DNA of 63,801 nucleotides, counting the filler. It is 6 parts of 6 records of this genome, joined end to end, with 100 filler letters (N's around TTAATTAATTAA, not from the genome) between each part and the next. Parts side by side here need not be neighbours in the genome. Positions count along the whole stretch, not along the records: positions 1 to 12,841 come from DRR723986_19977; 5 more parts are not named here. One strand, 5' to 3'. Position numbers and translations under genes: made by a program. Below are positions 1 through 9,354 of the stretch, piece after piece; the first letter of the stretch is position 1, and each line of letters starts with the position of its first letter. Below the pieces are notes generated by a model. It was not told the origin of the DNA. It saw only the letters and a list, made by a program, of their open reading frames with translations, and made no database searches.

Positions 1-625
1 GGACAGCACCATGATCCAGCAGGAATGCATCGACGAACTGGCGGACGAGGCTGGCGTCGGTGAACGCGTGAAAGACATCACCGCCCGCGCCATGAATGGC
101 GAGCTCGATTTCGAAGGCGCGCTCATTGAACGGGTCAGCCTACTGAAGGGTCTGCCGGAAAGCGTCATTGCCCGCGTGCTGCAAACCCGCATCACCCATA
201 TGCCAGGTGGCAAGGCGCTGCTGTCCACGATGAAGGCGCATGGCGTCTATGCAGCGCTGGTCTCGGGTGGCTTTACGGCCTTCACCGCACAGGTCGCCGC
301 CGATCTGGGCTTTGACGAGAACCGGGCCAACACGCTGCTAACTGCGGATGGCCGTCTGACAGGCGATGTCGCCCGGCCGATCCTTGGGCGCGAAGCCAAG
401 GTTGAAGCGTTGCAAGAGATCGGGGCCCGCATCGGCATCACCCCCGCTGACGTGATCGCCGTTGGCGATGGGGCCAATGACCTAGGGATGCTGGAACTGG
501 CGGGCACCGGCGTCGCGCTGCATGCGAAACCGTCTGTTCAGGCCGAATGCGATATCCGGGTGAACCACGGCGACCTGACGGCACTTCTTTATATTCAAGG
601 CTATTCTGACCGCGACCTTGCGTGA
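1..625 (+). CDS. serB: Phosphoserine phosphatase, 5'-truncated at the window edge
   Basis: Frame opens as DSTMIQQECIDELA (tail of HAD motif I); also has VSGGF and GDGANDLGM...G motifs. Confidence 0.93.
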   Translation, partial: DSTMIQQECIDELADEAGVGERVKDITARAMNGELDFEGALIERVSLLKGLPESVIARVLQTRITHMPGGKALLSTMKAHGVYAALVSGGFTAFTAQVAADLGFDENRANTLLTADGRLTGDVARPILGREAKVEALQEIGARIGITPADVIAVGDGANDLGMLELAGTGVALHAKPSVQAECDIRVNHGDLTALLYIQGYSDRDLA

Positions 626-928
626 CCGAAAGGATTCCGGCTGAGCGTCATCACGCGGAGGCGCAATGCGGCACCCAACCGGTTCGACCCTGGCGGTTTA
701 TGGGCGTCAGGTAATGATTGGCATCCTGCTTCGGTTCCAGCTCCGGCGGTCTCGGCCTTCCATGTTGATCCTTTGTCGTGCAGTATGTGTACGAAAGCGA
801 TTTCCCCGGAAACCGTCCGTTGACCGCAAACAGAACCCTTTCAAACACTCGAAACCTATGATTTACAAACCACCAGTCGTGCTTTTCTCAGCGGCATTGT
901 GCGTCGCCGCCAAGTTGGAATTTATTTG

Positions 929-2386
929 ATGAATACGACACTCGACATTTTTCCTTTGATCTTGTGTGGGGGTTCCGGAACTCGGCTTTGGCCCCTGTCT
1001 CGAAAAAGCTATCCTAAACAATTCGTTCAGCTGATCGGCAAGCAATCGCTCTTTCAACAATGTGCTGAACGGATGACCGGTACACGAGGCAATGTTTCAT
1101 TTGCAGCGCCGACCATTCTGACAGGCTCGGATTTCCGCTTTGTCGTGACCGAGCAACTTCAAGAGATCGGCATTGATCCGGGGGCCATTCTTATTGAACC
1201 CGAAGGCCGCAATACCGCACCTGCGGTTCTGGCCGCCGCGCTGCACATTGCCAAGACGTCACCAGAGGCCTTGCTGCTGGTCGCACCGTCCGATCATATC
1301 CTGCCCGATGCGCAGGCCTTTGCACGGGCCCTGGCCACAGCGGCAGAGGCCGCCCTGTCTGGTGATCTCGTGACATTCGGGATTGCCCCCGACCGCCCGG
1401 AAACGGGCTATGGCTATCTTAAACTGGCTCGAAACAGCGACAAGGACACAGCCTGCAAGCTGGAACGCTTTGTCGAAAAGCCGGATTTTGCCAGTGCTGA
1501 AAAGATGGTCGCCGATGGTAGCTACCTTTGGAACGCCGGTATCTTCCTGTTCACCGCAAAAGACATTATCGCCGCGTTCGCACGTTCGGCGCCTGATCTG
1601 ATGCCCTCCGTGGCTGCGGCCGTGGATCAGGGGGAGCCGGATCTCGGGTTCTTCCGGCTTGCCCCGGAACCTTGGGCAGATGTTCAGGATATTTCCATCG
1701 ACTATGCCGTGATGGAAAAAGCCGACAATCTGAGCGCCGTTCCCTTTCACGGCAGTTGGAGCGACCTGGGCAGCTGGAGCGCAGTTCGCGAACAAAGCAT
1801 CATTGATGCTGATGGGGTCGCATGCTCTGGCCCGGTGACGGCCATTGATTGCAGGAACTCGCTTCTTCGCTCGGAGCACCCCGATCAGGAACTGGTCGGC
1901 CTCGGGCTTGACGGAATTGTCGCAATAGCAATGACCGATGCTGTTCTGGTCGCGGATATCAACCGCACACAGGACGTGAAGCTGGCTGTCAAAAGCCTGG
2001 CCGCGAAAGGTGCGCGGCAGGCTGAATCGCTGCCCGTCGACTACCGGCCGTGGGGTCATTTCGAAACGCTCGTCTTGGGGGATCGCTTTCAGGTCAAGCG
2101 GATCGTGGTCAAGCCGCGCGCCAGTCTCAGCCTGCAAAGCCACCATCATCGTTCCGAGCACTGGATTGTCGTGCAGGGCACGGCAAAGGTCACGATCGAC
2201 GAAACTGTCAAACTTGTTACAGAAAACGAGTCCGTCTACATTCCTCTTGGGGCTGTTCACAGAATGGAAAACCCCGGCAAGGTTGATATGGTCCTGATCG
2301 AGGTTCAGACTGGCAGCTACCTGGGCGAAGACGACATCATCCGCTATGAAGATGTCTATTCACGCGGGCAAGGTGCCAAGGGGTGA
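929..2386 (+). CDS. manC: Mannose-1-phosphate guanylyltransferase / mannose-6-phosphate isomerase
   Basis: CGGSGTRLWPLSR..YPKQF, EPEGRNTAPA, FVEKP, WSDLGSW, C-terminal cupin RPWG...SLQSHHHRSEHW; ATG at 929 chosen. Confidence 0.93.
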   Translation: MNTTLDIFPLILCGGSGTRLWPLSRKSYPKQFVQLIGKQSLFQQCAERMTGTRGNVSFAAPTILTGSDFRFVVTEQLQEIGIDPGAILIEPEGRNTAPAVLAAALHIAKTSPEALLLVAPSDHILPDAQAFARALATAAEAALSGDLVTFGIAPDRPETGYGYLKLARNSDKDTACKLERFVEKPDFASAEKMVADGSYLWNAGIFLFTAKDIIAAFARSAPDLMPSVAAAVDQGEPDLGFFRLAPEPWADVQDISIDYAVMEKADNLSAVPFHGSWSDLGSWSAVREQSIIDADGVACSGPVTAIDCRNSLLRSEHPDQELVGLGLDGIVAIAMTDAVLVADINRTQDVKLAVKSLAAKGARQAESLPVDYRPWGHFETLVLGDRFQVKRIVVKPRASLSLQSHHHRSEHWIVVQGTAKVTIDETVKLVTENESVYIPLGAVHRMENPGKVDMVLIEVQTGSYLGEDDIIRYEDVYSRGQGAKG

Positions 2387-2488
2387 CCGGGTTTAAATTG
2401 CTTTGCAAGATGCATGAACTCTACGAAGATCGACTATTTTTTTGAACTTATTGATTTTTTTTTACCAGTGGCCGCAATTGGATGACGA

Positions 2489-2989
2489 ATGAGTGAACCA
2501 GACAGACACCAGTACGATGCCGAATTGCAAGCATTGCTGCGGGCTGAGATTCTGGCGCTTCGGGCTGAACTGGCGCAGCGAGATGCTGAGATCAATGCAT
2601 TGATGCATGGATCGGACGAGAAGGCCATCACACGGGCCATCGAGTATGAACTGAATCGCGATGCTTTTGGGTGGTTGCGCATCCGGTTGCGTCGACTGCG
2701 TCATCGCCTGGCACTTCGCAGACAGGCTGGTGCGGTTGCCGTCAGTGAGTATTTCGATTCAAACTGGTATGCCGAGCGTGTTCCCGAATGCGACGGACCA
2801 GACAACGCTGTGGTTCACTATCTGAAAAGAGGGGCATTTGCAGGGCTTGACCCAAGCCCGGGCTTTTCGACCAATGCATATTATCGCGCCAATCCTGATG
2901 TTGCAGCCGCAGGCTGGCCGGCTCTGGCTCACTACGTTCTGCATGGGAAAGCAGAAGGTCGTCGGCTCGGCTCGACCACCGGAGGCTAG
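2489..2989 (+). CDS. Small hypothetical protein: coiled coil, basic amphipathic helix and two copies of an FDxxWY...HYxxxGxxEGR module
   Basis: 166-aa ORF co-oriented within the glycan cluster; module shared with the next two ORFs. Confidence 0.7.
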   Translation: MSEPDRHQYDAELQALLRAEILALRAELAQRDAEINALMHGSDEKAITRAIEYELNRDAFGWLRIRLRRLRHRLALRRQAGAVAVSEYFDSNWYAERVPECDGPDNAVVHYLKRGAFAGLDPSPGFSTNAYYRANPDVAAAGWPALAHYVLHGKAEGRRLGSTTGG

Positions 2990-2994
2990 AGACG

Positions 2995-5127
2995 ATGCTT
3001 TTTGCAGGCGCTATCGACACGGCCCGGATAAAGCTGCTGGAACAATCCGCTCTGTTTGACAGGAACTGGTATGCAACCCGCCACGGCGATATTTCTTTGA
3101 CGGGGCTCGACCCGTGGGAGCATTTCATAAAGATCGGTTGGGGTCTTGGACGCAATCCGGGTCCAGACTTCGATGCCCAGGCCTACATGGCCACCTATTC
3201 CGACGTTTTCGACGGCGGCACGGATGCCCTGTCTCATTACCTTCAACACGGCGCGTCGGAAGGCCGTTCATCTAACCCTTATCACAATGACCCCGTTCTG
3301 CGGGCCCGTGTAAAAAGCGATGTTTTGCGCTATCGGCTGAACGTGATGGGCCAGACATCTGCCCTTTCTGCTCTGGAACGCCTGTTAACCGATGAACATG
3401 GCGATGTGGCAGGTTTCGCCGGTCGCGACCTGGCGCTTTGGCACCTGCGTCAGTGGCGTCATGCCCCCTCTTCGGCCAGCGCCGAAACGGCATACCGGAT
3501 CGCACAAGATGCCCATTCTGCCGCGACGATTCCCGACCTCAGACGCCAGCTTTTGACGGTAAGTCTGGTTGCGGGTGCGCTGGCAAAACGGCCCGCCCCG
3601 TCTGACGATGATATGAAAACCTGGCTCGCGGCGGATCTGTTCGGTGCCGATTGCTGGCTTGCCCTGGCAGACTATGAGGCCACGGAAGTTGGCCGCCTGG
3701 AACAGATCAACACGGCACTTTCCCACTATGGTCTTGCGGAATTGGCCTTCTGCGGGGAAACGGACGGTGCCCCCTATGATCGACTGACAGTCAAGCACGC
3801 GCCCGATCCTGTTGATGGGCCGCTGGTATCCGTTCTGATTGCAGCCCATCAAGCTGAAGACACGCTGCCCACTGCACTGCGCGCCATGAGAGAGCAGAGT
3901 TGGCGCAATCTGGAAATCATCGTCATTGATGACGCCAGCACAGACGGAACCGGCGACATCGTCGAAGCAACGTCCCGGATCGACCCTCGCATCCGGTTGA
4001 TCCGGCTTTCGGAGAACAGCGGGGCCTACAGCGCGCGAAACGCAGGTCTGGCCTTGGCTCGCGGTGACTTCGTGACGCTGCACGATGTCGACGATTGGTG
4101 CCATCCAGAGCGTATAGCCCGTCAGATGGACATGCTGGCCCAGGCAGGTACGGCGATGGCCTGCAGCTCAGAGCATCTGCGGATTCATTCCGATCTGACG
4201 CTGACACGCCTGAGCCCCGAGGCAAGCTTTGTGACAGAAAACCCGGCCTCGCTGCTGTTCAGGCGGCAGCCGGTGGTTGATGCGCTTGGGAGCTGGGACA
4301 CCGTTCGCGTCGCCGCTGACAATGAGTTCATCCGCCGTCTCCGCCGCGTGTTCGGGACCACATCCGTTATCTCGGGAAAGACGGGCCCACTGGCGATGCT
4401 GAGGGACAGGGAGGGATCAGCCGTTCAAAGCGGACCATTGTCGATAAATGGCTATATCACCGGCGCGCGTCTGGCCTATCTTGACGCGCAGGAGCATCAT
4501 CACCGCACCGCGCCGCTGTCGGACCTGCGCTATACGCAAACGCAGCGGCCATTTCCAGCACCGGCAATCATTCAGCAAAGAAACGCGCCACAGCACACGG
4601 TTTCGCTGTTGCTGGCGGCTGACTTCCGCCGTTCCGGTTTCGTGGTGGAATCTTGCCTGCAACTTGCATCCCTGTCCAAAGGGCCAGTTGGCCTGGTGCC
4701 CCTTGCAAGGCCTCTGGCACCGGATCTGTTCGACCCCCCTTTCCGCCTGTGCTCGGCGGTACGCGACGCACTTGATGGTCAGAGACTTTTTCAGGTCTGT
4801 CCGGGAGAATCCGTTTCAACCCCTTTGTTGATCCTTCCAGACCCCGAGGCATTGCTAGAACTGCCTGACCCCATGCCAGCGCTGAGCGCCGAACGCGTTC
4901 GTTTACTGGCCTATCATTCTCCGGTAACGACACTTGCCGGGTCAGGGCGTAGGCTAACCCGATACGATCCCGCCACCTGCGAAACCTCTGCACGCAAGTT
5001 CACAAGCGGCCCGGTGGAATGGTGGGCCCGGGATCGTTCCGTCAAACGGGGCCTGATCGCGGCAGGGGCCCACGGGGTTGCGCGAAAATGCATTCCCTTT
5101 ACCGAGTTGCAGAGGCTGTTGCGATGA
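2995..5127 (+). CDS. Multidomain family 2 glycosyltransferase
   Basis: PLVSVLIAAH, NLEIIVIDDASTD, NSGAYSARNAGL, HDVDDW; two N-terminal repeat modules. Confidence 0.85.
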   Translation: MLFAGAIDTARIKLLEQSALFDRNWYATRHGDISLTGLDPWEHFIKIGWGLGRNPGPDFDAQAYMATYSDVFDGGTDALSHYLQHGASEGRSSNPYHNDPVLRARVKSDVLRYRLNVMGQTSALSALERLLTDEHGDVAGFAGRDLALWHLRQWRHAPSSASAETAYRIAQDAHSAATIPDLRRQLLTVSLVAGALAKRPAPSDDDMKTWLAADLFGADCWLALADYEATEVGRLEQINTALSHYGLAELAFCGETDGAPYDRLTVKHAPDPVDGPLVSVLIAAHQAEDTLPTALRAMREQSWRNLEIIVIDDASTDGTGDIVEATSRIDPRIRLIRLSENSGAYSARNAGLALARGDFVTLHDVDDWCHPERIARQMDMLAQAGTAMACSSEHLRIHSDLTLTRLSPEASFVTENPASLLFRRQPVVDALGSWDTVRVAADNEFIRRLRRVFGTTSVISGKTGPLAMLRDREGSAVQSGPLSINGYITGARLAYLDAQEHHHRTAPLSDLRYTQTQRPFPAPAIIQQRNAPQHTVSLLLAADFRRSGFVVESCLQLASLSKGPVGLVPLARPLAPDLFDPPFRLCSAVRDALDGQRLFQVCPGESVSTPLLILPDPEALLELPDPMPALSAERVRLLAYHSPVTTLAGSGRRLTRYDPATCETSARKFTSGPVEWWARDRSVKRGLIAAGAHGVARKCIPFTELQRLLR

Positions 5128-7976
5128 CCGGGCTGGCATTTACGAAGGAAGAGTTCATCCCTTCCTGGTATCTTTCGACCTATGCCGACGTTCGCAGCGC
5201 CGGAATAGACCCGTGGGAACACTACCTGGAAAACGGCCACAAGGAAGGCCGCTTCGGATGCCCTGTCCGCGCTTTGGAACTCGATCATAAGTTATGGCGC
5301 GGATTCGAAGCGCAAGCCCTGACCGAGCTACGGTTGCTTGTCAAATGCGGTTCGGCGCGGGAACGGGCTGTCGCAGGTTGGGTGATTGCACGCCATGCGG
5401 CCAGCAAGGGACGTTGGAAAACCGCGTATTCTGCAATCAGTGCGTTCTTTGACGGGGGAGAGCTTGGTACCGCGATCATTGCCCACAAGGGCCCGTGGAT
5501 CCTCGGGGCAAAAGCCGCAAGCGCATGTCACGATCCATCAGCAGCACGCAGCATCTTGCAGAAGGCCGAAAAGCGGTTTGGGCGTGATGCAGATTTTGCT
5601 CTGTCCAGGATTGACCTTGCATTGGCCGAAGGGGCGTCGGACGAAGACCTGTCCGCCGATCTGGCCGATCTGCACTCGGCCACTGACCTTGTTCACATTG
5701 GCCTGACCTCGGGGACGCGACCGCGTTTTGACAGGCTGGTGCCCCTGACCACGCCGACCCCAATCACAAACGGGCCTTTGGTCAGTGTCATCGTGCCCGC
5801 CTTTCGCGCTGAAGCGACGCTTGACACATGCCTTCGCGGTCTGACTGCCCAAAGCTGGCGCAATCTGGAAATCATCGTCGTAGACGATGCCAGCCCCGAC
5901 AACACCATTGAGGTTGCCGAACGGGCCGCCAAGGCGGACCCGCGCATCCGCATTGTGCGACATCGCGAAAATAGCGGAGCGTATGTGGCCCGCAACACGG
6001 GCCTTTCAGAGGTTCGGGGTGATTTCTTCACCGTACACGATTCTGATGACTGGTCTCATCCGCAGAAGATCGAACAGCAGGTGATGCCACTACTTGACGA
6101 TGATACAAGGGTGGCCAGCGCATCGCATTGGGTCCGCACCGGACCCGATCTTTCAATGACACTGTGGCGGATCGAAGAGGCATGGGTCTACCGCAATGTC
6201 TCGTCCCTCATGATCCGGACCGAAACACGCGAGAGCCTTGGATATTGGGACCGTGTGCGCGCCAATGCCGACACGGAATACTACCATCGTCTGATCGCCG
6301 CCTTCGGTCAGAAGGCACTGATCGAACGGCACACCGGCGTACCGCTGGCGTTCGGCCGCAACGCCCCGGAATCGCTGACCCTATCCTCTGCCACGCATCT
6401 CTCGACCCAGTTTCGCGGTCCAAGACGCGCATATCTGGACGCTGCACTTCACTGGCATGACACGAAGCTTTCAGCAGTTGACAGCGCGGCAGGCGGTAAC
6501 GCCCGTGCCGCTGCGCTGCACCTTCCCCGGCATCCGCGCGAACGCCCGTTTCCGGCACCATCTGCCCTGCAACCCTGCGAGAACACGACTGCGGAAACCG
6601 ATTACTCGATCATAGCCCGTTCACCAAGGTTCGATGCGCTATGGTATCTGGCGCGCAACAAGGATGTCCTTACCGCAGATGTCGATCCAGTACGCCACTA
6701 TCTTGAAACCGGAGGTCGAGAAAGCCGCGATCCCGGCCCGATGTTTTCCGATTCCGCGTGGCGAAAGCTGCGCAAGCTCGACGACTACGCAATACCACTA
6801 CTGGACTGCGAGCGGACCCCGGATGCAGATTTGACCGAAGCGTTCCGGTTTGACGGTGCGCTGTCTGCCGAGGGACACCCGATCGCACTCGTGTTTGCGC
6901 ATTCAGCGGATCGGCATATCTTCGGCGCTGAACGCAGCCTTTTGAAAGCGCTGGACCATCTGGCGGAAGGGGTCGACGGGACGCCAATTGTGCCGATCAC
7001 TGTGCTGCCATCCGCTGCAAACGACGGCTACCTTTCAGAGATTCGCGCTCGATCCGCTGCGGTGGAAATTCTACCCCAGCTATGGCGGCATCGCCTTCAC
7101 GGAACGTCTGAGGATACGGTGAACGCGATCCGAGGCATGATCCGTCGCTACCAGCCTGTCGAGGTTCACGTGAATACGCTGGTCCTGGATGCCCCGCTGG
7201 CTGCCGCGCGGGCCGAAGGTTGTCCGTCCATTGTTCATGTTCGTGAATTGCCAGACCAAGACCCCTATCTTTGCCAGATCCTCGGGGACAGTGCGCGTGG
7301 CCTGCGACGTCGTCTTCTGGATGAGGCGGATCGGTTTGTTGCGAATTCTCCTGCCGTGGTTGACTGGATTGATGCACCGGGCCGCGTAACCCTTCGGATC
7401 AACGAAATTGATCCAGACCTTTTCAACCTTCCATACGCGCCAGAAACAAACCTTCGGGTGGCACTGATCAGCAGCAACATCGCCAAAAAGGGTATCAAGG
7501 ATTTCGTGAACATTGCGCGGCTGGTTGCCGAAGCAGAAGCTGACCAGCATGTGCCGCCAGATGCCCGTTGCCGCTTTCTTCTGATTGGTCCGGCTTCGGC
7601 AGATCTGCTTTCCCTTGGTGCTCTTCCAAGCAATGTCGAGATCACGGGGTATCTGGAGGGGCCAGTTTCAGCCATAGAGAGGGCAGATCTGGTTCTGATT
7701 CTTTCCAATTTTGCGGAATCGTTTGGAAGAACCGCGTTGGAAGCGATGGCCGCGGGTCGCCCGGTTATCTGCTACGACCGCGGCACGCCACCCCGATTGA
7801 TCATCCCGGGAAAAACCGGGTTTGCCGTACCTTCTGGTGATCTGAACGCCGCAACGCGCGCTGTATTGGCGGTTTCCGTGTCACGGCTAAGCCTGCAAGG
7901 CATGAGCAATGCAGCTCGCAAACGCGCGAAAGACCTTAGCCGGAGCGGATCGCAAGCTATCCAATACCTCTCGTAA
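5124..7976 (+). CDS. Bifunctional glycosyltransferase (GT2 plus C-terminal GT4/GT-B domain)
   Basis: PLVSVIVPAF...VDDASPD...HDSDDW (GT2); KGIKDF and ESFGRTALEAMAAGRPVI (GT4 EX7E); ATG at 5124 overlaps the upstream stop as ATGA. Confidence 0.87.
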   Translation: MTGLAFTKEEFIPSWYLSTYADVRSAGIDPWEHYLENGHKEGRFGCPVRALELDHKLWRGFEAQALTELRLLVKCGSARERAVAGWVIARHAASKGRWKTAYSAISAFFDGGELGTAIIAHKGPWILGAKAASACHDPSAARSILQKAEKRFGRDADFALSRIDLALAEGASDEDLSADLADLHSATDLVHIGLTSGTRPRFDRLVPLTTPTPITNGPLVSVIVPAFRAEATLDTCLRGLTAQSWRNLEIIVVDDASPDNTIEVAERAAKADPRIRIVRHRENSGAYVARNTGLSEVRGDFFTVHDSDDWSHPQKIEQQVMPLLDDDTRVASASHWVRTGPDLSMTLWRIEEAWVYRNVSSLMIRTETRESLGYWDRVRANADTEYYHRLIAAFGQKALIERHTGVPLAFGRNAPESLTLSSATHLSTQFRGPRRAYLDAALHWHDTKLSAVDSAAGGNARAAALHLPRHPRERPFPAPSALQPCENTTAETDYSIIARSPRFDALWYLARNKDVLTADVDPVRHYLETGGRESRDPGPMFSDSAWRKLRKLDDYAIPLLDCERTPDADLTEAFRFDGALSAEGHPIALVFAHSADRHIFGAERSLLKALDHLAEGVDGTPIVPITVLPSAANDGYLSEIRARSAAVEILPQLWRHRLHGTSEDTVNAIRGMIRRYQPVEVHVNTLVLDAPLAAARAEGCPSIVHVRELPDQDPYLCQILGDSARGLRRRLLDEADRFVANSPAVVDWIDAPGRVTLRINEIDPDLFNLPYAPETNLRVALISSNIAKKGIKDFVNIARLVAEAEADQHVPPDARCRFLLIGPASADLLSLGALPSNVEITGYLEGPVSAIERADLVLILSNFAESFGRTALEAMAAGRPVICYDRGTPPRLIIPGKTGFAVPSGDLNAATRAVLAVSVSRLSLQGMSNAARKRAKDLSRSGSQAIQYLS

Positions 7977-8107
7977 ACGATCCCCTTCCCGCGCGTACCC
8001 TCATTTGCCATCATCCGAAGCGCTGATTGACCCCGGTTGTCAGAGCTTTAGAAGTATCCGATCAGGGATCGTGGTTTCTGACGAGTAATTCAACGAGGGC
8101 ATTCCAA

Positions 8108-9283
8108 ATGTCAGGCAAGAAGATTGCAGTTATCGGTATCGGCTATGTTGGCCTGTCGAATGCTGTTCTGTTGGCACAACATAATGAGGTTTGGGCGCTC
8201 GACACGGACAGGGATCGCGTTGCGATGCTGGCCGACCGAAAAAGTCCGATCATTGATAGCGAACTGGAGACTTACCTCGCCGAGAAAGCGCTTAACCTGA
8301 CTCCGACGACGGATCCCGTTGCGGCATTCGAAAACGCAGATTTCATCGTTGTCGCTACGCCAACCAACTATGATCCGCGCACAAATTTCTTCGACACGTC
8401 AACCGTCGAATCCGTGATCCAGCAGGCCATTCAGCTTAATCCTTCAGCGACCATCGTGATCAAGTCGACTGTCCCTGTCGGGTACACGCGTGCGCTTCGT
8501 GCGCAACTCGGTAGCGATCAGATCATCTTCAGCCCCGAATTTCTTCGCGAAGGCAGAGCACTGTATGACAACCTCCATCCAAGCAGGATCATAGTCGGAG
8601 AAAGATCGGCCCGTGGACGCGCGTTCGCAGATCTTCTTAGGGCTGGCGCCGTCAGCGAGAAGGTAGAGGTTCTTCTGACCGACTCTTCCGAAGCCGAGGC
8701 GATCAAGCTCTTCGCCAACACTTACCTCGCGATGAGAGTTGCCTTTTTCAACGAGTTGGACAGCTATGCACTCGGCCACGGGTTGGACTCTCGGCAGATC
8801 ATTCAAGGGGTTGGGCTCGATCCCCGAATTGGCGATCATTACAACAACCCGTCCTTTGGATATGGCGGGTACTGTTTGCCCAAGGACACCAAACAGCTAT
8901 TGGCCAATTATTCCGATATCCCACAGAATCTAATTGAGGCTATCGTGAAGGCAAATAGCTCGCGGAAAGATTTTATCGCAGAGCAGATTCTAAAGAAAAA
9001 CCCCGGATGTGTCGGAATTTACAGGCTGATCATGAAACAAGGGTCGGATAACTTCCGTCAAAGTTCGATACAGGGTGTGATGAAGCGCATCAAGGCCAAG
9101 GGAATTGAAGTGGTCATCTTTGAACCGGCCATGGAGGAAGAACAGTTCTTCGGATCAGAAGTGTGCCGTGATCTTAAAAGCTTTGCAACACGTTCTGACG
9201 TGATCATTGCCAATAGATTGACACAGGATTTGGAGCCATACGCGGGCAAGCTGTTTACCCGTGATCTCTTTGGTTCTGACTGA
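8108..9283 (+). CDS. ugd: UDP-glucose 6-dehydrogenase
   Basis: GIGYVG Rossmann motif, [39 protein letters not shown] at 8108. Confidence 0.93.
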   Translation: MSGKKIAVIGIGYVGLSNAVLLAQHNEVWALDTDRDRVAMLADRKSPIIDSELETYLAEKALNLTPTTDPVAAFENADFIVVATPTNYDPRTNFFDTSTVESVIQQAIQLNPSATIVIKSTVPVGYTRALRAQLGSDQIIFSPEFLREGRALYDNLHPSRIIVGERSARGRAFADLLRAGAVSEKVEVLLTDSSEAEAIKLFANTYLAMRVAFFNELDSYALGHGLDSRQIIQGVGLDPRIGDHYNNPSFGYGGYCLPKDTKQLLANYSDIPQNLIEAIVKANSSRKDFIAEQILKKNPGCVGIYRLIMKQGSDNFRQSSIQGVMKRIKAKGIEVVIFEPAMEEEQFFGSEVCRDLKSFATRSDVIIANRLTQDLEPYAGKLFTRDLFGSD

Positions 9284-9354
9284 TTGAAGATATGTTTTGA
9301 ATTGAGCCCGACTAATACAATCAGATATTTTCCAATTTTCGGGAACCGCGATTT

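Noticed and set aside
660..730. GGTTCGA at 681 suggesting a tRNA T-loop
   Set aside because: No cloverleaf, D-arm or acceptor stem can be formed around it
5019..5123. Upstream extensions in the ORF track (also at 899, 8027, 15679, 18327, 38171, 41212, 45251, 53986)
   Set aside because: They overlap neighbours or promoters; downstream starts fit the family N-termini better
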